Below, one piece after another: positions 9,845-20,982 of a stretch of 64,000 bases of DNA; the first letter of the stretch is position 1, and the number at the start of each line of letters is the position of its first letter. Source of the stretch: a virus; the IMG/VR virus record IMGVR_UViG_3300035698_019240, positions 1-64,000 of that record; one strand, 5' to 3'. The translations under genes were made by a program, and so were the position numbers. The notes below the pieces were generated by a model. It ran no database searches. It was not told where the DNA came from and was given only the letters and a program-made list of their open reading frames with translations.

Positions 9845-12700
9845 TTATGTTCTTTTCTCTATCTTAAAATGAACTTTTAAATCCACAATTCTAGGTTTAT
9901 GTAAATTAGTCATTCTTGTATAGAATATTAAATAATCACTACTATTAAATATACCAAACTCTCTTATATCTTCTATAGGTTTATTAATATAATCCCAACT
10001 AATATAATAAAAATCTTTATCTTCTGCATATTCTAAATCTGTACCACTTGCAAACATACTTTGTAAAGATTTTGAATCTGGTAAAAATGTTGGATCATAT
10101 GTATTATCTGTACCATTTCCCATTTGCCAGTAGCCATTATTATATATATCTTCCATTATAAGTGAGTCATTTAAACCACCTGATACTTCTTTTAAAACAA
10201 CCCATCCTGATATTGCACTATTAAAAACCGCTACTAACTTCCTGGTATTTATAATTGTAACACTTTCAGGTATTATTAAATTATCTGAACTATCAAAGAA
10301 TTGTACAACAACACCTTCAACACCAAAATTATGTTGTATTGTCCATATATTAGAAGCAACTACTTGATCATAATTATAATCATTATCAACTATTATTGTT
10401 CTACCTATTACAGTACTATCCCATATGGCATTTACATTATTATTATTCATATTTTGTATAGATGGCACTATTTTTTCATAATTATCATCAAAATGTTGTG
10501 ATATTATTTCTTTTTTATTGAGAGTATGTGTTATATCCCAACTGGCCGAAGGTGTTAATGTATCTGTACCTTGGTCTACTGATGTAATGTATGCCTCACC
10601 AGCCACACCAGAATCAAATATAATTTTTATTGACTCATTGTTTATAATCTCTATAGTATTTGGTTCTATTTGTTCACTGTTTTCATTAAAACATTGTACT
10701 ATTAAATCTTTGGTACTAAGATCATGATATATATTCCATTCATCTTTAAAAGATTTTTGTAAATGTACGGTTGTTTCAACAGCAGCAGAAGCTGCTGATG
10801 TTACTGTTGATTCTGTAAATTCTGCAAATTCAGCTGTAAATTTTGTAACTAATGAATTTTGATGTGCATCTGTTGATCTCCATGTACCTGAAAAATCAAC
10901 TATTGGTGATATCACATAATTATAATGCGCATATCTTGATACAGGTTGTAATATTTCCCATTCAGCAAGTAATGCATTCATCATATCTTCACTCATTATT
11001 TCAGTATCTAACATAGGCTCATATGATAAATCAAGTTCTAATCTATAGTGAGGTGATAAAATCATACCACTTGGTCCATAAGTAGGTAATGGATATTCCA
11101 TAGATTTTTGTGTAGGTGTTTCTGTTATCAAAGCGTATCCACTTTGATTTGGTGAAAATGATGCTGATACATCAAGTGAAGTTGTTGCACTTGTACTAAC
11201 AGTATATGTTACACCAGAAGTTGCCATTTCTGTATGTGTTAAATCAAAGAATTGTACAATCGGTCTATTAATATCAGTACTACAATTTATGCTCCATGAA
11301 CTATCAGAAGATGGATGATAATGTAACCAATCTACATTATCATCATCTGTGCTGCCTGATACAGCATCACTCCAAGCTATATCTTGAGTACCGCCAGGCC
11401 ATACATTAGTAACATAATAATCAACTTTATTACTTAAATTGGTGTAATCAAAAAGACTTCTTTTCATTGTATATGATTCACCTGCTATGTAACCATTAAA
11501 TGTTAACACACTTACTAAGTTAGTAATATTACTAACATCTGGATAAATTCTATTACCAATATTATCATATACTTGTGTTATTAAATTAGTTGTTTCCATA
11601 TTATGATATATTGTCCATGGATTTTGCTGATATCTTTCTAAGTGATAAGGATTAGGATGTTTACCAAAAGACATATTATAATACTCACTACCTGCATAAC
11701 CTGTACCACTTACACCATAATTTAATGTATATAATAAATCCGTAAAATCATCTGTAGGATCACCTGATACACTTGGTGAATGCCATCTTTCATAAACATT
11801 TAATGGATTTAATGAGTAACCAAATAATACATTCCAAGGAATATATAATGCTGTATATGTTCCTTTTCTTTTTAGTAGTGATACAAGACTCTCAACCCAA
11901 TCTCTTTGAGACCTCTCACCTGTTGTTAAGTTGGAACTCATCTTATACATATTCGCTAAATATTCAAGATATACAATATCAATTTCTTTTGGATCAATAA
12001 GAGTATTAATATTTTTCATTTTATTATATATCTGTTGGTTTACTTGATCAAAATATACTTTAAGCCATTCAGTCATTCCATCTGTTCTATTATGTTCTGG
12101 TAAAGCAGATAATGTCCAATCTTTCATACCATTAAATTCAATATGATAATCATTAGGTTCGCCTATTTTATATATTTTACCGAAGTATATCCATTTTTTA
12201 TCTTGATTGACAAAAGGTTTATATAGCGGTTCTGTTGCTAACCATGTATGGAACGGACTACCTTTTCTAAAATATACCTCATCACCATTATTAAATACAC
12301 TTGTGGCGTCTGAATGAACAGATATTACATCTCCTTTCACAAAATTGAAAAAATTACCATTTATATGATTTTGGTTTGGAAATGGTACAAACTGATGTCC
12401 TATATATCCTACATCTTCTGTTTTTACATAAAGATCGTTCCAATAACCTGTCGCCACAATACACATCTCAGCGCCTCTTAAATACGATCTATATCCTAAT
12501 ACTTTAGTAGTAGTGTCCCAATAATTTGGAGTTGTCCATTCTATTCCATTTCTATTATGATAAAAATAGAAAAGATTTGTGGCTATAGTATTAATTTCTG
12601 GTAGTGTTAAATTTTCACCTATTTCTATTAAAGCACTACTAACTACAGAATTAAAATAATCTTCAAGTAAAAAATATGAACTATCACTAAAACGGCCCAT
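9845..12700 (-). CDS. Baseplate wedge protein (T4 gp7-like)
   Basis: LIDP...YLEYLA...LKRKGT motif; W.I.HNL repeats; follows the gp6-like gene. Confidence 0.65.
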   Translation of the reverse strand: MGRFSDSSYFLLEDYFNSVVSSALIEIGENLTLPEINTIATNLFYFYHNRNGIEWTTPNYWDTTTKVLGYRSYLRGAEMCIVATGYWNDLYVKTEDVGYIGHQFVPFPNQNHINGNFFNFVKGDVISVHSDATSVFNNGDEVYFRKGSPFHTWLATEPLYKPFVNQDKKWIYFGKIYKIGEPNDYHIEFNGMKDWTLSALPEHNRTDGMTEWLKVYFDQVNQQIYNKMKNINTLIDPKEIDIVYLEYLANMYKMSSNLTTGERSQRDWVESLVSLLKRKGTYTALYIPWNVLFGYSLNPLNVYERWHSPSVSGDPTDDFTDLLYTLNYGVSGTGYAGSEYYNMSFGKHPNPYHLERYQQNPWTIYHNMETTNLITQVYDNIGNRIYPDVSNITNLVSVLTFNGYIAGESYTMKRSLFDYTNLSNKVDYYVTNVWPGGTQDIAWSDAVSGSTDDDNVDWLHYHPSSDSSWSINCSTDINRPIVQFFDLTHTEMATSGVTYTVSTSATTSLDVSASFSPNQSGYALITETPTQKSMEYPLPTYGPSGMILSPHYRLELDLSYEPMLDTEIMSEDMMNALLAEWEILQPVSRYAHYNYVISPIVDFSGTWRSTDAHQNSLVTKFTAEFAEFTESTVTSAASAAVETTVHLQKSFKDEWNIYHDLSTKDLIVQCFNENSEQIEPNTIEIINNESIKIIFDSGVAGEAYITSVDQGTDTLTPSASWDITHTLNKKEIISQHFDDNYEKIVPSIQNMNNNNVNAIWDSTVIGRTIIVDNDYNYDQVVASNIWTIQHNFGVEGVVVQFFDSSDNLIIPESVTIINTRKLVAVFNSAISGWVVLKEVSGGLNDSLIMEDIYNNGYWQMGNGTDNTYDPTFLPDSKSLQSMFASGTDLEYAEDKDFYYISWDYINKPIEDIREFGIFNSSDYLIFYTRMTNLHKPRIVDLKVHFKIEKRT

Positions 12701-13578
12701 TATATTGTCTCTCTTATAAAAGAATGAATATTATTAACACATTCTTTTTTATTATTAATCCAGTCTTGTTCTTCTATTATCATCAAATTAATTCCTTTAT
12801 CTTCACACTGTATTATCTTCTGTTCATCTTTATATTTCATGTAATTACTACTATGCCAATATGTACCATTAAATTCTATAGCTTTATCCAATGCTGGAAT
12901 ATAAACATCCAATTCTAAATTCTTACCAGTCTTAGGGTTTATTATCTGTGTTCTATCATTTTCCATTACTAACTTATTAGTAAATGACTTTACTATCTCT
13001 AATACTTCTTTCTCTGGTTTTGAATGTGATGTTTCTTCCCAACATTCAGGACATCGTTGACCGATTTGAAAATTGTTCCAACGCATTTTAAATTTATGAC
13101 CTTTTGGACATTGTATTTTTAATTTTATGTGATTATTTTCGTATTCATTACTCAATAGTTTGTAACTTTCCTTTTCAATTTGTCCTTTTACATATTCATG
13201 TGTTAGTTTTTTCTTTCCAAAACACACAAAACATCCCTTGTTAAGTCGTAAATTGGTAAAAGACATTTTAAATTTATGACCTTTTGAACATTGTAATTCT
13301 AATTTTGAACCGCAACTATTATATGTTTTACTCAATAACTTATGTCCATAATTTTCAACAACCTGTTTTACATATTCATACGAATATTTATATGTGCCGA
13401 AACATTTAGGACACCCATGACCTTGTTGAAAATTATTCCAAGTCATTTTAAATATATGTCCTTTAGAGCATTGTAACTCCAATTTCGATATACTATTTTT
13501 ATACTCATCACTTTTCAATTTATATCTTGTATTTTCTATATGTTTCTTTACATAATCATATGAGATTATTTTACCCAT
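12700..13578 (-). CDS. Putative homing endonuclease (zinc-ribbon repeats plus PD-(D/E)XK-type domain)
   Basis: Three CxKGHxF...CxxC repeats; ELDVYIP...AIEFNGTYWH. Confidence 0.75.
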   Translation of the reverse strand: MGKIISYDYVKKHIENTRYKLKSDEYKNSISKLELQCSKGHIFKMTWNNFQQGHGCPKCFGTYKYSYEYVKQVVENYGHKLLSKTYNSCGSKLELQCSKGHKFKMSFTNLRLNKGCFVCFGKKKLTHEYVKGQIEKESYKLLSNEYENNHIKLKIQCPKGHKFKMRWNNFQIGQRCPECWEETSHSKPEKEVLEIVKSFTNKLVMENDRTQIINPKTGKNLELDVYIPALDKAIEFNGTYWHSSNYMKYKDEQKIIQCEDKGINLMIIEEQDWINNKKECVNNIHSFIRETI

Positions 13579-15287
13579 TAAACCACAGTCTCCTCATTTA
13601 TTATACTTAAAGTATCAAGACTTAATACAGGAAATTGATTTCTTCCTAATTCAACAGGTCTTAATATATTCTCATTACTCCAACTTGCTGTTGTATATTG
13701 TGGATAATTCCATACTTGATTATTAGGCTCATATACAGTTTTACTAATAACAATATCTCTTATATTTAAATTTCTTATCCCTTTTATATTTGTAAATGTA
13801 TCAGTAGGTGATGTTTCTGTTATATCCATTAAATATTCTTGAATATCCATAAAATTAATTTCTTGAGCAAATGATTTATTATCACTTCTAAACCAATAAT
13901 CTAATTTATTATATATATCTAACTGTACATCTGTAAATGTGTATAATCTTTTTAATCTCAAACCTATTTCAAAATAAAAATAAACTAGTTCAGGTGCCTG
14001 AAATGCCTCATATGTTGTTATTATTTTACGAGGTTCAAGATATGATGATAATGAACTTTGATAAGAACTTGAAAAATCATAAGGTGTTGATATACTACCA
14101 CTAACACCTAATGTTGGTGTCCATGTACTAGCTGATGTATTAATTGTATCAGTTTCCCATTGTGAGGGCATTACAGTAATATTAATTTTATTATATTCAT
14201 CTATATGTCCACCTGAAGGATATAAATCTTGTTCACCCCATACATTAGCTGTTATTATATCAGCCCTCTCTTGTAAATGGGATCTATAATCTTCTTTTGA
14301 TACATTTCTTTTTTGTGCATGTTGAATTGATTTTGCATTTTCTTTAATAGTACTAATAATTTCGGGATCTTCGGCACCTAAAGAAGCTGTAGAATTAGTT
14401 ACATTTATTACAGTATTATCAAGCCATGTATTGGTAGTTAAATTCTTTATAAAAACATCTTCAGGTGTTATTATAGTACCTGCTGCTGCACCACCGTTGA
14501 CACCTAAACTCTTTAAAGCTTTAATTGATATATCGTCTTCTATAATAGGCACATTTCTTGCCTCACTGAATATTATTTTATAGTTTTCATATTTATCATA
14601 TACAAACATGAAAACATCATTATCAACACCTAATGCTGAAATACCTTCATAGAAATCATCAACTCTTGTCCATGGTTCTTCGTTTACATATACTTCAATA
14701 ACGGGTTCAACATCCTCATATTCTGAATGTGTGAAATCATAATCAGGTAATAATAATTCATTATCAATCAAATCTCTACCTTTATATCCTGTTATTGGAT
14801 TTACAATACCTTGTATTACTTCTATATCAAAAGAATGATCACCACTTGATGTTACTGTTTCTGTATAAGCAGAGGTTGTTGCATACTTTATTGTTTCACT
14901 TTCATATGTTAAACTACTATCTATTTGTTTCCATGCAGGTATATAAAGTACATCACCTGTATTTACGGTACCACCACTTGTAGCCACTATTGTTATTGTT
15001 GCTTTAGCTGATCTATGACCTTTAGGATCATAACCTACTTGTCTTGCCAATCTACTAGCATTTTCATAAATATCTGTAGTTTCCATATATATATTCTTTG
15101 CTAATTTATTCAAAAAGTATGTATTTAATTCTCCTTGATATGACATTAATTCAATTAATACGGATATATTACTTCCTTCATAATTAAAATCATTAAAAAC
15201 TGTAGAATTCTGTAATTCTTCTCTTAATTTTGTTATTAATGAATTAAAATCTATACTGAGATACTCTGGGGTAAAATATTGAGACAT
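13578..15287 (-). CDS. Baseplate wedge subunit (T4 gp6-like)
   Basis: DFNSL...FNDFNYEGSNISVLIEL, LARQVGY.P and QKRNVSKEDY motifs. Confidence 0.85.
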   Translation of the reverse strand: MSQYFTPEYLSIDFNSLITKLREELQNSTVFNDFNYEGSNISVLIELMSYQGELNTYFLNKLAKNIYMETTDIYENASRLARQVGYDPKGHRSAKATITIVATSGGTVNTGDVLYIPAWKQIDSSLTYESETIKYATTSAYTETVTSSGDHSFDIEVIQGIVNPITGYKGRDLIDNELLLPDYDFTHSEYEDVEPVIEVYVNEEPWTRVDDFYEGISALGVDNDVFMFVYDKYENYKIIFSEARNVPIIEDDISIKALKSLGVNGGAAAGTIITPEDVFIKNLTTNTWLDNTVINVTNSTASLGAEDPEIISTIKENAKSIQHAQKRNVSKEDYRSHLQERADIITANVWGEQDLYPSGGHIDEYNKINITVMPSQWETDTINTSASTWTPTLGVSGSISTPYDFSSSYQSSLSSYLEPRKIITTYEAFQAPELVYFYFEIGLRLKRLYTFTDVQLDIYNKLDYWFRSDNKSFAQEINFMDIQEYLMDITETSPTDTFTNIKGIRNLNIRDIVISKTVYEPNNQVWNYPQYTTASWSNENILRPVELGRNQFPVLSLDTLSIINEETVV

Positions 15288-15362
15288 TATACTATAACCT
15301 CCATAAATATTCTTATATCATTGTTATATTTATTTTTATTATCCATTTCTTCTTTCCTTTTA

Positions 15363-15370
15363 TATTTATA
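15363..15370 (-). promoter_or_regulatory. T4-type late promoter TATAAATA
   Basis: Exact motif upstream of the gp6-like gene. Confidence 0.55.
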
Positions 15371-15371
15371 T

Positions 15372-15749
15372 TTATTTGAGTACAAATTTAAGAGTTTCCG
15401 TTCTAACTGTGCCTTTAATTTGAAATACCATACTACACTTATATTGGCCTACATCAGGAAGTGGTTGAATTACAAAATCCAAAATATCAACACGATCATC
15501 CCAAAGTTCAATAGACCCCACTACTTGATCTGCTATTTGTCTTGCTGTGCTTTCATCAATAGGCTCAAATAAAAGTTTATGTATTTCAGTTGCAAATTCA
15601 GGTAACATCCTTCTATCACCTTGTATTGTAAGTACTATGTTCTTGAGTGAATTTCTTACAGCATCCTCATCTACATCTCGTTTCATGTCACCATCATTTT
15701 GTCTAATCATTTCCGGATCAAAATCCGAGAATACTGAATTTGTTGCCAT
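15372..15749 (-). CDS. Baseplate wedge subunit (gp25/GPW family)
   Basis: AVRNSLKNIVLT..GDRRMLPEF...LLFEP. Confidence 0.88.
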   Translation of the reverse strand: MATNSVFSDFDPEMIRQNDGDMKRDVDEDAVRNSLKNIVLTIQGDRRMLPEFATEIHKLLFEPIDESTARQIADQVVGSIELWDDRVDILDFVIQPLPDVGQYKCSMVFQIKGTVRTETLKFVLK

Positions 15750-15872
15750 AAAAATTCTCCTTAATTATTTCTTATTTAAATTTTAATTACTTAATTAAAT
15801 TTTAATTATTGCTGGTTTTACGCCTTTCTGGAGACCCTCCAGGAGCGCTTTTCTTTGCGTACTTACACACGC

Positions 15873-16568
15873 CTAAAATAAATTTTCTGATACAACAGAT
15901 GGTATAAGTGCAGTGGCACCGCTCAGAATATCCATAGAGTCAGTCTTTACTTCATCCATCTTATTTGATATGTTTTGTATATTAGTTTTAACTGATCCAT
16001 CAAGACCAGGAACACTACTTAAAAAACTATCACTATCAAAAATTCCATCATCATCTAAATGTAGATAAACCATAACACTATTGATATCACTTATAGCTCC
16101 ACTTATATCATCTAAACATGTATCAATTCCTGCAACCTCTGTTAAACAGGTAGTTAATTCATCAACAGATGAAATTATATCAGGTATACTGAATCCTGAT
16201 ATTAAACCTTTAAGTCCCTCAAGTAACATACTTAATGGTTTTTCTACAATACCAGAAAGTGTATCATTTAAAAGTGTTTGTGTTAATGAATCAAATTCTC
16301 CCATAGCGTTTATAACATTACCTATTACTTTATCAAAACAACTTCCAGCAAATAGACTTGCTTCAACTCCTAAATCTTCTGTAAATCCAATTGCATCTGT
16401 GGTCATATCATTAATTTTATCACCAAGATTCGACGCAGGATCTGTCCAATCATTTAAATCATCATATAAACCATCAATAGAATCTTCACATTTACTCTTG
16501 ATTTCTAATAGTTTTGCGGCATGTGATTCTATTTTATCACACAAACCTTTACTTATATCAAACGTCAT
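15873..16568 (-). CDS. Hypothetical acidic helical protein
   Basis: 231-aa ORF with RBS in the baseplate cluster. Confidence 0.6.
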   Translation of the reverse strand: MTFDISKGLCDKIESHAAKLLEIKSKCEDSIDGLYDDLNDWTDPASNLGDKINDMTTDAIGFTEDLGVEASLFAGSCFDKVIGNVINAMGEFDSLTQTLLNDTLSGIVEKPLSMLLEGLKGLISGFSIPDIISSVDELTTCLTEVAGIDTCLDDISGAISDINSVMVYLHLDDDGIFDSDSFLSSVPGLDGSVKTNIQNISNKMDEVKTDSMDILSGATALIPSVVSENLF

Positions 16569-16580
16569 TTATATTCTCCT

Positions 16581-16796
16581 TTATACAATGTGACCTTGAT
16601 GTTCACCATTCGGTGCTCCACTTGTAGTCACAACTACAGCACTGTCTTTTATATGATCAACTACTGCTTTTGCTATAGCTGCAGCAAATCCGACTTGCCA
16701 GTTAATACCATCTTTAACTCCTGCGTGTATTATGAATCCTCGATTTTCCATTTCTGCTAATATTGAAATTGTTAATGTAGTACTATTTAATGACAT
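16581..16796 (-). CDS. Small baseplate spike-associated hypothetical protein
   Basis: FAAAIAKAVVDHI helix; follows the gp5-like gene. Confidence 0.55.
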   Translation of the reverse strand: MSLNSTTLTISILAEMENRGFIIHAGVKDGINWQVGFAAAIAKAVVDHIKDSAVVVTTSGAPNGEHQGHIV

Positions 16797-16820
16797 AATT
16801 TCCTCACTCTTTAAAATTTT

Positions 16821-17849
16821 TTAATAACTCGCCTTAACAGTAGAACTATAGTCACTCATTTTATTACCAGTTATTGGACAAATATGATCTCCTGTTACAA
16901 CTCCATTAATTATTGCTCCCCCACCATCTATTTCTACAATATTTGCTTTTACAGTACATTTTCCTGACACTGTAATATCACAAGTGCCTGATACCGTAAC
17001 ATCCCAATTTCCGCCTATTTCTTCTTGTTTGTCTGTTGCCACTTGTAAATAATCACTTATACCTATTTTTTCTCTTCTACTTTGATCTATATTAAGATTT
17101 GCATTTCCTTTTATATGTACATTTCTATTACCTATCGTTATTTCAAATTTATCTTTTTGATTCCTTATAACTATGTTACCATCATTATCTATTTCAATAT
17201 ATGTGTTAGAAGGGTGATAAACATGAAATCTCTTATTACCTGGTGTTGAGTCCCATTCTGTTAATAGACCACCGTGTGTTGCTAACATTGTATTGTGTGG
17301 GTATTCAGTAGCATATGGAGATACAGGTTCATCCCAACTTCCACTAAACGCTGTTGCTATACCAGTATCAACATTACTATTCTTAAAATCAACTATTGTA
17401 CCACTACTCTCTCCTCTTGCCAATCTATGAACATCGGACTCTCCCATTCTGGTAGTTGTTGGATAAGTGCCTGTAGGATCATTAAAACCTTTTGATGTAT
17501 CAGGTGCCTCTGTTGGTATACCAGGTAGTGTGCCCATATATCTTGGTTGATCTGGGTTACCATTCTCAAAAAATATGAGTATATGGGATCCTTGTAGAGG
17601 TACAGACCATAAACCAAAACCACTTATACTACCACCAATTAGTCCTTTTACAGGTTCAATCCATGGTAAATCAGCTGTTGGTATACCTTCTACTTCATCC
17701 TGAACCAATTTATCTGTATGAAGGCCCCAAATTCTGGCTTTTACTCGTTCACACTTGTCAGGATCTAAGTTGGATTCTACGACGCCACGCCAAAACCCAA
17801 ATAGCCTATCTTCGTGCAATTTTAAATCTTCTAATTGATTTTTTAACAT
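16821..17849 (-). CDS. Baseplate central spike (T4 gp5-like, no lysozyme domain)
   Basis: FWRGVVE..DP....RVKARIWGLHT OB-fold; YPHN...EWDSTPG.KR...HPS; beta-helix repeats. Confidence 0.85.
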   Translation of the reverse strand: MLKNQLEDLKLHEDRLFGFWRGVVESNLDPDKCERVKARIWGLHTDKLVQDEVEGIPTADLPWIEPVKGLIGGSISGFGLWSVPLQGSHILIFFENGNPDQPRYMGTLPGIPTEAPDTSKGFNDPTGTYPTTTRMGESDVHRLARGESSGTIVDFKNSNVDTGIATAFSGSWDEPVSPYATEYPHNTMLATHGGLLTEWDSTPGNKRFHVYHPSNTYIEIDNDGNIVIRNQKDKFEITIGNRNVHIKGNANLNIDQSRREKIGISDYLQVATDKQEEIGGNWDVTVSGTCDITVSGKCTVKANIVEIDGGGAIINGVVTGDHICPITGNKMSDYSSTVKASY

Positions 17850-17859
17850 ATATTTTCCT

Positions 17860-17867
17860 TATTTATA
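17860..17867 (-). promoter_or_regulatory. T4-type late promoter TATAAATA
   Basis: Exact motif just upstream of the gp5-like gene. Confidence 0.55.
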
Positions 17868-18858
17868 GCCGTGTAAACGCTCTTTTACCTTTTATAACAT
17901 CATAAATCTTATCATGATCTATAGAATAATCAAAATCATCCTTCTCAAATTTCTTCTCACCTTTTATATCAACATTATGAATTATTAATAACTCATCAAT
18001 AGTATTTGACGCTTGTAATAATTTCAAACCTGAAGGAGCCCATAGTCCAGACCCACCCCAAAATTCTGCTTTACTTATAGCATGTGTGCCTACAGCGTTA
18101 GCGGCTATGACCCACATTTGATTTCTTGCAGCTGTACCATCCATAAGCATATTCCATAAATCACCATAATAGTTATTAGTAGAAACACCCATACCTGGAT
18201 AATCACGCTTTGAACTACCTCTCCATGATGCCAACTGTATAACTCCATCAACTTTATCAATTTGTGACATTTCATGAAATGATTGAGAAAAACAAAAATC
18301 ATAACATGTACTAAACCCAAACTTACCCCATTTTGTATCTATAATTAAAATATCTGTTTTACCTGAAACTGTATAATCATTCTCTATACCAGGTAGAAAT
18401 GTTTTATCATATATCCATTTAGGATTTTTGTAGTCCAACTTTTTATTGATAATATATGTTGAGTTAAGGTATTTTTTTGTTTTACCTTTTCTTATATTAT
18501 TAAAGATTATGAACTGTAAATCATCATCTAGTTGAGATTCTAATGAATCTTCTACCCAATCCCAATGATTGTCTATAACCGCTTGATCCATATAAGGCCA
18601 ACATGCCTTTTCATCTTCCCAGAAATAACCGGCTAAACAAAATTCAGGAAATAGAATCATGTTGATACCCTTATTTTTAAAGATTTCTACTGCTCTTTCT
18701 ATCTTATCTTTATTAGCGTCAATGTCTGGTACTGTAGCATGTATGTTAGCAATACCTATTGATAATCCTTTCTCATCATCACTAAATTTTCTCTCAACAA
18801 TACTAAAACCATCTTCATTGATGGCCTCTGTTTCATTTATGTAATTTTTAAATTTCAT
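17863..18858 (-). CDS. Carbon-nitrogen hydrolase (nitrilase superfamily)
   Basis: Glu-Lys-Cys triad motifs LFPE, YDK and TCYD; ARNQMWVIAANAVG...FWGGS. Confidence 0.9.
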   Translation of the reverse strand: MKFKNYINETEAINEDGFSIVERKFSDDEKGLSIGIANIHATVPDIDANKDKIERAVEIFKNKGINMILFPEFCLAGYFWEDEKACWPYMDQAVIDNHWDWVEDSLESQLDDDLQFIIFNNIRKGKTKKYLNSTYIINKKLDYKNPKWIYDKTFLPGIENDYTVSGKTDILIIDTKWGKFGFSTCYDFCFSQSFHEMSQIDKVDGVIQLASWRGSSKRDYPGMGVSTNNYYGDLWNMLMDGTAARNQMWVIAANAVGTHAISKAEFWGGSGLWAPSGLKLLQASNTIDELLIIHNVDIKGEKKFEKDDFDYSIDHDKIYDVIKGKRAFTRL

Positions 18859-18859
18859 C

Positions 18860-20131
18860 TTAGTTACCTGTCCTTACCGTTGTTTGGTCTGAATATAAAT
18901 TCATCTTACTAACACTTACTAAATCCTTCATATCCGAATCTTCAAAACCATTTTTAAGTAATACTAATCTTTGTCTATATGACATAGAGGTACCGCCTAA
19001 TAATTGATGTGTTATTGATTTTATTAACCATTTACCTTTCAACTGTTTATTAAATGATTTTGTTCTTTCTCTCTCATTACTTGGCCATTCTATTTCTATC
19101 TGCATGCCAGCGTGTCTTCTCTCAAAACCCCTTACTATGATATTTAGCACCTGTTGCATGCTGTATCTTCTCACCCAACCATCATATAATCTATTTTTTA
19201 TTATTTTTTCATCACTATCTCCCAACATATCGTATGTTGAAACATCTGATGATATATCAGTAAATAAAGATTTTTTACCAAGAACAGTTGTATCGTTAAT
19301 ACCATCTGTATATTGATATGATTCATCTAAAAATTTCTTTCTTGTATGATCGTATCCTTTCCAATGACCACCTCTTATACCTCTCATACCAAATCTATCT
19401 AAACCATTTATCCACCATTCAAATATTTTATTTTCTCTTACTTGATTAACATCTTCAAATACATAGTTTTCAGGATCAAGATATGATTCATTACTAAATA
19501 ATGAATTTAATGTCTTCATATTCATCATAGGTTTTTCGTTAGTATTCACGAAACAGAGATACCCAGATGTATCGGTTTCAGCACTTTTACCTCTTTTCAT
19601 TAGATACTTGATAGTTTGCATTGGTGTCCAATAAGGCATTATAAAATTCATTTTATTTTCAGTAGCCTCAATGTTTAAAAACTCACTCTCAACACCTATC
19701 ATATTAATGAAAATATGTTCAATTATATCAGATATTTTTGTATCAGTCCAACTTCGGCTAAATTTCATATGTGTCAATGGTTCAAATAAAGGATCGACAA
19801 GTATCATTTCTATTTGTTGTGCAGCTGTTGCATCTTGTACACTACCCTGTGTAATTTTGGAGATTTTGGATATATTTAATTTTAACTCTCTATCTTCTTT
19901 AACACCATATGATAATGTAACTGTTTCATTACCAGTAAGAGGACCATATTCCATAATACCATATCTATCATATATTATAACTTTACCTGTTAAACAGTAT
20001 GAGAATATATCTTCTATAAAGTAACACTCAGCCACATCCTTACTATCTATTATTACACCACCACTATCTAAATTGAGTATTAGTGAGAATATTCCCTTAT
20101 TTACTATATTATTTTCTAAAGCTTGTGTCAT
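18860..20131 (-). CDS. Baseplate hub protein (gp27-like)
   Basis: EDIFS..LTG, GNETV, FIMPYWTP and GKWLIKSITH motifs; lies between gp53-like and gp5-like genes. Confidence 0.7.
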   Translation of the reverse strand: MTQALENNIVNKGIFSLILNLDSGGVIIDSKDVAECYFIEDIFSYCLTGKVIIYDRYGIMEYGPLTGNETVTLSYGVKEDRELKLNISKISKITQGSVQDATAAQQIEMILVDPLFEPLTHMKFSRSWTDTKISDIIEHIFINMIGVESEFLNIEATENKMNFIMPYWTPMQTIKYLMKRGKSAETDTSGYLCFVNTNEKPMMNMKTLNSLFSNESYLDPENYVFEDVNQVRENKIFEWWINGLDRFGMRGIRGGHWKGYDHTRKKFLDESYQYTDGINDTTVLGKKSLFTDISSDVSTYDMLGDSDEKIIKNRLYDGWVRRYSMQQVLNIIVRGFERRHAGMQIEIEWPSNERERTKSFNKQLKGKWLIKSITHQLLGGTSMSYRQRLVLLKNGFEDSDMKDLVSVSKMNLYSDQTTVRTGN

Positions 20132-20133
20132 AT

Positions 20134-20982
20134 TTAAATTTCCTTATCCTTATCACATCTCATTTCATGATACCCACAACCGGGTATTTTGTGTATTTTC
20201 TTATGGCAATTCTTACAAACCGTGATACACATATCAACATCGGCAGATTGTAAAGGATCCCATCTTATTCCTTCTCTATGGTGACAATGTAAATTACCAC
20301 CTCTTGTATTACATTTCACACAGGTCCAATTATCACGCTCAAAGACCATTTGTCTTAGTTCAGGTTGGGTCTCACGGTTCAATTCAGATAAATCTAATCT
20401 CCCAGCTCTTAAAGCATCTTCTTTTATCAAAGATGTGGATTTTTTATTAAATACAGGACATTCTGTTTTACAACCATCAGAACAATAAAGTCTACATTCT
20501 CTACCTATATCCTTGTTTATAGCTCTTATTCTATTTTCTATGCTTGTTCTTTTAGATATATGCCATTTACCACAATAAGTACATTTAACTTCCATGATAA
20601 TAGGATCTTCCTCATTTCTTCTAACTTTTTCACACCATTCAATTTGATGTGCATAAGTATCATATAAAGGAATACCATCTTTCGTAACTCCACCTTTCCA
20701 TCTTCCATTATTTTTACCATGATTATTCGTATTAATTCTCATTGACCTTTTTGATTCCTCTGTATGTTTTCTACCATACATACCATTCTTTTCACCTGTA
20801 AAAGATTTTGTATTACTACACCCTACACTACACACATCTGTTTTTCTATATTTATTACATAAAAAATCGTCTCCACATATAATACATTTTCCTCCATGAA
20901 TTTGAAGATTCCATGAGCCTTCTTTTTTCCAATAGTTTTTATAGTATTTCCATCCATTTTCAATAGCTACATTTATTTTCAT
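20134..20982 (-). CDS. HNH homing endonuclease with NUMOD3 motif
   Basis: YGRKHTEESK; ERDNWTCVKC...HCHH...CKNCHKKIH. Confidence 0.85.
   Translation of the reverse strand: MKINVAIENGWKYYKNYWKKEGSWNLQIHGGKCIICGDDFLCNKYRKTDVCSVGCSNTKSFTGEKNGMYGRKHTEESKRSMRINTNNHGKNNGRWKGGVTKDGIPLYDTYAHQIEWCEKVRRNEEDPIIMEVKCTYCGKWHISKRTSIENRIRAINKDIGRECRLYCSDGCKTECPVFNKKSTSLIKEDALRAGRLDLSELNRETQPELRQMVFERDNWTCVKCNTRGGNLHCHHREGIRWDPLQSADVDMCITVCKNCHKKIHKIPGCGYHEMRCDKDKEI

Noticed and set aside
12700-13578. Intron or intein around the endonuclease
   Set aside because: It is a free-standing ORF with 1-nt stop/start overlaps at both ends, and the flanking genes look complete.
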